DNA of 64,000 nt. It comes from Bigelowiella natans CCMP2755 (Eukaryota; Protista; Cercozoa). Below are positions 58,740-64,000 of the stretch, one piece after another; the first letter of the stretch is position 1; the number at the start of each line of letters is the position of its first letter. The DNA lies in contig ADNK01001665.1 in the NCBI GenBank assembly GCA_000320545.1, positions 1-64,000 on the forward strand. Reading direction: 5' to 3'. The notes beneath the pieces are model-generated. The model worked only from the letters and a program-made list of their open reading frames with translations. It was not told the origin of the DNA and did not search any database. The translations under genes and the position numbers were made by a program.

Positions 58740-59810
58740 CTATTTCTTCCAGAAATCTTTTCGAACGGAAGTTGCAGCACTGGAGGTGGAAGAGACCGGA
58801 AGCTTTGCTTTCAGTACATGGGGACGACGCACTATGGGGGGGGGTCTCTTTGCCATGTTCTGTCTTTCGTTGATGTACTGCCCCAAATTCTCGATAGTAG
58901 TTTGACTCAAAAGCTTGGCTAAGGGATTAGCTTGCATCACGATTTTGACGACTTTGCGGAGTATATTTCTTGGTGTTAAAACAGACACTGAGCGAGGAAA
59001 GATGCTACGATAATCAGCCGTTGCTTGTTTAAGTTGTCTACTTAACCATCCTTGGTCCCTCTCTCCTCTTCTCTGTACTTGATTTATCTTCTCTAACTCC
59101 ATCTCTCGGATCTTTGGAACAACTTCTGCAGCGACTCTTGAAGGCTTTGAGACGATGATATTCACCAGAAATTGTCCTATTGTTGTAAATCATCTTTCAC
59201 GTATCTCAGGATTGTTCCTACTACTACAACTACTACTACTACTACTACTACTACTAATCATCATCATCATCTTTCAATATTATCGACTCGCTGATACTAC
59301 CAACTCTGCCAAAAGCATCCTCTCCAGACCGCAACAATTCGGTGTCAACGAGACCAGGATTTAGCGTAACTACTTCCAAATTCTCACAAATAAGAAAAAT
59401 ACGAAAAGAAGAAGAAGAATAATAAACAGACAGTTCTCTTGAATATTGTTGTAATAGAAGAACGAGCAACGACAACGAAGGAGACAAGTGTGATAGTAGT
59501 AGCAGTAAGAATACCGATGTACGCAACTCAGATGTAAGAGAAGATGCTAATTGCCTCACACCTAATCAAAGACAACAAATAGGAGGAGAGAGCTCATATC
59601 TAACATTTATCTTACTGCTACTACTAAGCTTCTCTCTCCACTTCTCGATAATTTTCTCTTCTTTTTTTTTTCTCGTGCGCCTTCCCCACCCCCTCTTCAC
59701 CTGCTTTAGTAACACCATATGCAGCGTACTTAGGTGTAGGGTCGCCACCACCACCAGCACCCTAATGTTTATTTATTAAGCAAATCAACAATGAATCAAT
59801 CATTAAGCAA

Positions 59811-59889
<79 letters not shown>

Positions 59890-60503
59890 GACGAAGGAGG
59901 ATGAATAGAGTAGAAATACTGACCTCTAACAAAATGATCATTCCTGGGTCTCCAGATATCCGCATGGATCTTATAGCCTAAATAATAGTAACAAGAGAGA
60001 GAGAGAGAGAGAGAGAGAGTATCATCTGCAATGGTGTAGTTATAGTGTAGTAACAGTAGTACAAAAAGAAGAAGATAAAAGGAGACTAGCCCTGTAACAG
60101 CATTGCAAACCATCCAACATGGCATTTAATGGTATAGCATTCTCTTTGAACCTCCCTCTCCTCCTCTCCGTCTCCTCACGTGTGATGATTATTATTCTCG
60201 TCAACAATACCTCTCTTGCTGTGAGAAGTGTTCCCATGATATTAGTTGCTGCAACCTCTCGGATAATGGAGGTTGGAGTTTCTTCAAGCTCTTTGAATAA
60301 GTACCCATTCTTGAAAGGAGGAGGAGGGAGGAGAAAGGGGAGAGCAATCAATACTAATGCAACTAAGGAGTCTCTATCATCACCAGGAAACAGCCGTATC
60401 TTAGTTGTATAGGATTAATTCAAGGCGGGGGGTGTCGCATAGAAGAAGAAGAATTATGATGATCCCATCATATGACCTCCTCCTCCTCCTCCTCCTTACT
60501 CAG

Positions 60504-60572
<69 letters not shown>

Positions 60573-61640
60573 GCATAAATAACCTAATCCCTTGATTTAT
60601 TCATTTTTCCTTTTAAGCATATACTACTCACATCCTCTCCCCCTTCTCTCCCTCCCCAATGAATATTAAATGTGCTACTACTTACTACCGTCGCAGCGTT
60701 ACATATCCAGATATCAGCACCCCTGTTTCATATTGATGTATTTACTCACTTGATCATGATAGCAATGATGATGACGACGACGATGATGATGATGATGATT
60801 ATTATTATTACAACGGTGATGATAATGAGGAGACATTTATGGTAATGATGGGATGTTTATGAATCGTTTTGTATTAAGAGAACGTCGTTGTAGTAGATGA
60901 TGTAGTACGTTTATTGGCATCTTTTTATCATCCTTCCATTCTCTCATCATCATTACTTATCAAAATGACGTCATTCACAGTTTAGAACAAAAAAGGGGCA
61001 GGCTGCTAACTACCTACCCCCAAAGATCTTTTGCTTGGTTTGCCAGTCTTAGCAGCTACACATCATATCAGTCCCACATTATCATGACCCGATGAAGATA
61101 GCGAGAATACTTATGATCGTGGTGATGATGACGGTAAGAGTCGATAAACCTATACTTGACTCTCTCCCACTCTTTCCCCTCTCATCATCAACTTGTGATT
61201 GAATTAAGTGTAAACTCTCTCTCTATCTGTCTCGGATATAGTAGTATTACATCTTCCGGCTGTGTGACATCACATTTGGCGCCGGCAATCTAATTCAACA
61301 AACAAGGTGAAAGCGTAAGAGCAACATACGATCAAATAGAAATGTGAAGTCAGAGAATATTGTCGCTTCATCTTTCTAATCCCCTCCCCTCCCCCTTCTA
61401 CTTGCAGTGATTATGTGATGATACCTCAGATTTCTCCCATCCCTCTCTCAGTGATTTGTAATGATACCTCAGATTTCTCCCATCCCTCTCTCCTGATTTG
61501 ACGTTTAATCTGGCTCACAGCTCTTCTAACCATATCACTTTATTGTAAAACACAAGGAGGACATGAATAAAGTACAAGAAGGGCATAAATAAACAAAAAA
61601 ATACCCCCCCCCCCCACACACACACACATGATATGTACAT

Positions 61641-61673
<33 letters not shown>

Positions 61674-61996
61674 GTGTGTGTATGTGTGTGTATGTATGTA
61701 ACCCATTTCTTGATCCAATTAAGACTTTATCGCCAGCATGGAGAAACTCCTCTGCCAGAGCTCTCCCCTGAAGCAAAATAAGACTTTTGATTAGAACAAC
61801 AAAAGATGATTTCAATGAGTACAATAGAGCAGCTGCGATGTTATATTGAAGGATACTAGGATTTTCCATTGGCAATACAAGAAAGAAAGAAAGAGGATTC
61901 GATCATAGATGTGCATTTGGATGGTATATTTTAAAATGTTACCAATCCTTTTGTTCCTCCCGTTATCACTACTCTCAGAGATTGACGTGGTGATTG

Positions 61997-62030
<34 letters not shown>

Positions 62031-62640
62031 ACAGATTCCTAATGTAATTATTTGCAAATTTCGAATATTACTACTGGATCTAGTGAGAATGACCATAGTG
62101 CATTGTAATAGTAACCGTAGTAGTAGTAGTAGTAGTAGTAGTCAGCAACAAAATAGGAATAGTAAGCTATAGCAGTAACAATTTTGTTGACACATGGCAT
62201 TATAAGTTAGGAAGTTTTTCTTTTGTACCATATTGTAAAATTTACTACTACAGTGGATGATGGGGAAAACGTATCAGTACCTTCTTGCTGATCTCTGTCG
62301 GTATTATCGTAAATTGCTGTTTTTTTCTCTGGTATCCTCGACTTGTAGTAGGTAAGTCCACTGACCGCTGCTGCTGCTTCTTCGGATTCATAGTATTAGA
62401 GAAGAAAAGATGCTTCTGACTCCATGTTCTCATTATCCGCTCTTCAATTCCCTGACGAGACGCTGTGGCTGAGGTGAGTTGTGATCGGCGAAGTGTCGGA
62501 GGAGAAGGCGCTGCAGCAGTCGCAAACAGCAGAGGATGATGTTGATGATGATGACGCGGATTAATAATATACAATACTGCCGTCACAGTAATCAGACAGG
62601 AAATAATGCCAGCACTCTTTCGCAGCATGAGCATGATCAT
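58740..62640 (-). CDS. NOL/NYC1-like short-chain dehydrogenase (chlorophyll b reductase family) with a bipartite-type targeting leader
   Basis: GRALAEEFLHAGDKVLIGSR, GAKCDVTQPED, DIWICNAA, EVAATNIMGTLLTAREV, GAGGGGDPTPKYAAYGVTKA (YxxxK), LNPGLVDTELL, IVSKPSRVAAEVVPKIR. The leader is hydrophobic (ISCLITVTAVLYII), then Ser/Thr/Arg-rich. Confidence 0.78.
61407..61497 (+). repeat. Tandem duplication, period about 43 bp, intronic
   Basis: atgatacctcagatttctcccatccctctctc occurs at 61418-61449 and 61461-61492. Confidence 0.85.
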
Positions 62641-64000
62641 CACCACACCGTCAGAGAGGGGGAGTGATGATGAGTGGTTCGGAAGCAGCACCACACCGGA
62701 ACTGTGTACTAAAAATTAAAAAAGGTCTTCCATTTTATGGGTGCGTCACATGAAAATAATCATTTTAAAAATTATTTGCCTCCAAAATCCTTCAAAATCC
62801 AAATTCTGTCCCGACTTCAAAAAAAGAACAACAAGCACATGAGACAACACGGGCACACATCCATGAAACTGCTACTCTATTTTCCATGGATGAATCTAGG
62901 CAAAATATAGCAAAAATCGTACGTCTGACTCTCTTCAGTAGCTAATTAATGCCTGTTTTAGATCTATCAGAAGAACATGCAAGCCTTTCTTTGACGATGC
63001 CCAAGAGAAAGAAAGAACCACGTAGCGATCAATGATTGGGTGTGCTTTCAATCACAGAGACAACATTTACCAAGAGTTATAGTATGAAAAGGATTCACGT
63101 ACATTGAAAAATTTCAAGCTAATTATGTCTATTTCCTGGATTTTGACGGCAAAAATACAACTACGACAATAGTCTTAAAAATCCTAGCGTTAATTCCGTC
63201 CTAGATGCATAGGCCAAAATTTATTGACATTTGTGAAATTCTTCAGAATTTCAACATGAAATGATGCAGAAGCATACCCTGCGACCTATATTAAAGGCCC
63301 CTTTCTCGGGTAAATCGTTGTTATGAGAAGAAATAGGGGGTTAGTCCACAAGCTGAGAAAGAATCAGAATAAATCGTACCAAAATGCCTGTCTGAGTTTC
63401 TTGGGAACTTCAATTTATGCCTTTAAATTCGATGTTGTCGTTGTCAAAAGTATGTAGTCTCATCCATTTTTTAAAAAAGAATGCATCAAAGAAAATACGT
63501 ACTCTTATTTTGGGCAGGCCTCGGCAGCCACCCTTTCTCTTTCTTTTTTTTGCATGAATCATTGTTTTGGGACAATTTTCTAGGTTAATTTCTGGTAGAA
63601 TGAACAACTTAATATGAGAAAGCAAAGAGATGTTTAATGTGTGATTCACGATCAGCAGTTTACAATAAAATGGAATAAAATTATTCCAGTGAACATCTTA
63701 ATTTTATGATCTATTACTACCAGCAATTGGGAGGAGAGGTGCCTCGACCACAGAAACTCTCACAACCATTTATCATCATCAGTTGTGGCGCATCTCTTCT
63801 TCAACATGATGACTGCTGCTCCAGAACTACAACTCGGGCAGCAGCCTCTTCTACCTCGTCGAAGGCAACACTCTAGATCTAGAATGGCTACTGTTGCTAT
63901 GCTGGCATGTGTAGTCTTCTTTGTTGCATTGGGATTAGCATGTATGCGCCAGGGGGGTACCTCCAACTTGGCATCCTCGATACGCACCTCTTCAAGACTG

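Noticed and set aside
62700-63700. AT-rich stretch as a possible MITE or DNA transposon remnant
   Set aside because: No terminal repeats, duplication or transposase motif could be identified by eye.

Overview
Intron-rich, microsatellite-dense eukaryotic nuclear DNA. A chlorophyll b reductase-like SDR with a signal-peptide leader suggests a chlorarachniophyte alga (inference). Host genes: two Ariadne-type RBR E3 ligases, a SIAH/SINA ligase, a MYST acetyltransferase, a MutT-type Nudix hydrolase, a histidine phosphatase, COQ5, a SAM-methyltransferase-like protein, an F-box protein, a DH-PH RhoGEF and a NOL/NYC1-like SDR. Between about 15.4 and 25.4 kb is an intronless, compact, virus/plasmid-like element. 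It encodes a protelomerase-like tyrosine recombinase, an IS630/Tc1-like DDE transposase probably fused to a chromodomain, a TVpol (PolA-like) plus D5/SF3 helicase, a secreted Cys-rich protein and an HTH-acidic ORF. The standout signal is near-total erasure of the dinucleotide TpA across the element: about 17 TA in 7.4 kb by manual count, all in CTA/TAG context. Conserved Tyr codons read Cys/His, Ile reads Met, TAA/TAG stops are lost, and an internal direct repeat shows reciprocal TG versus CA at the same sites. The same signature recurs in intergenic patches, while (TA)n tracts in host introns are intact. This points to a targeted TpA>TpG/CpA (A>G) hypermutation or base-modification process, a RIP-like genome defence running opposite to fungal RIP. 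No candidate enzyme is visible in this window. All counts, alignments and family assignments were made by eye without database searches, and spliced gene boundaries are approximate.
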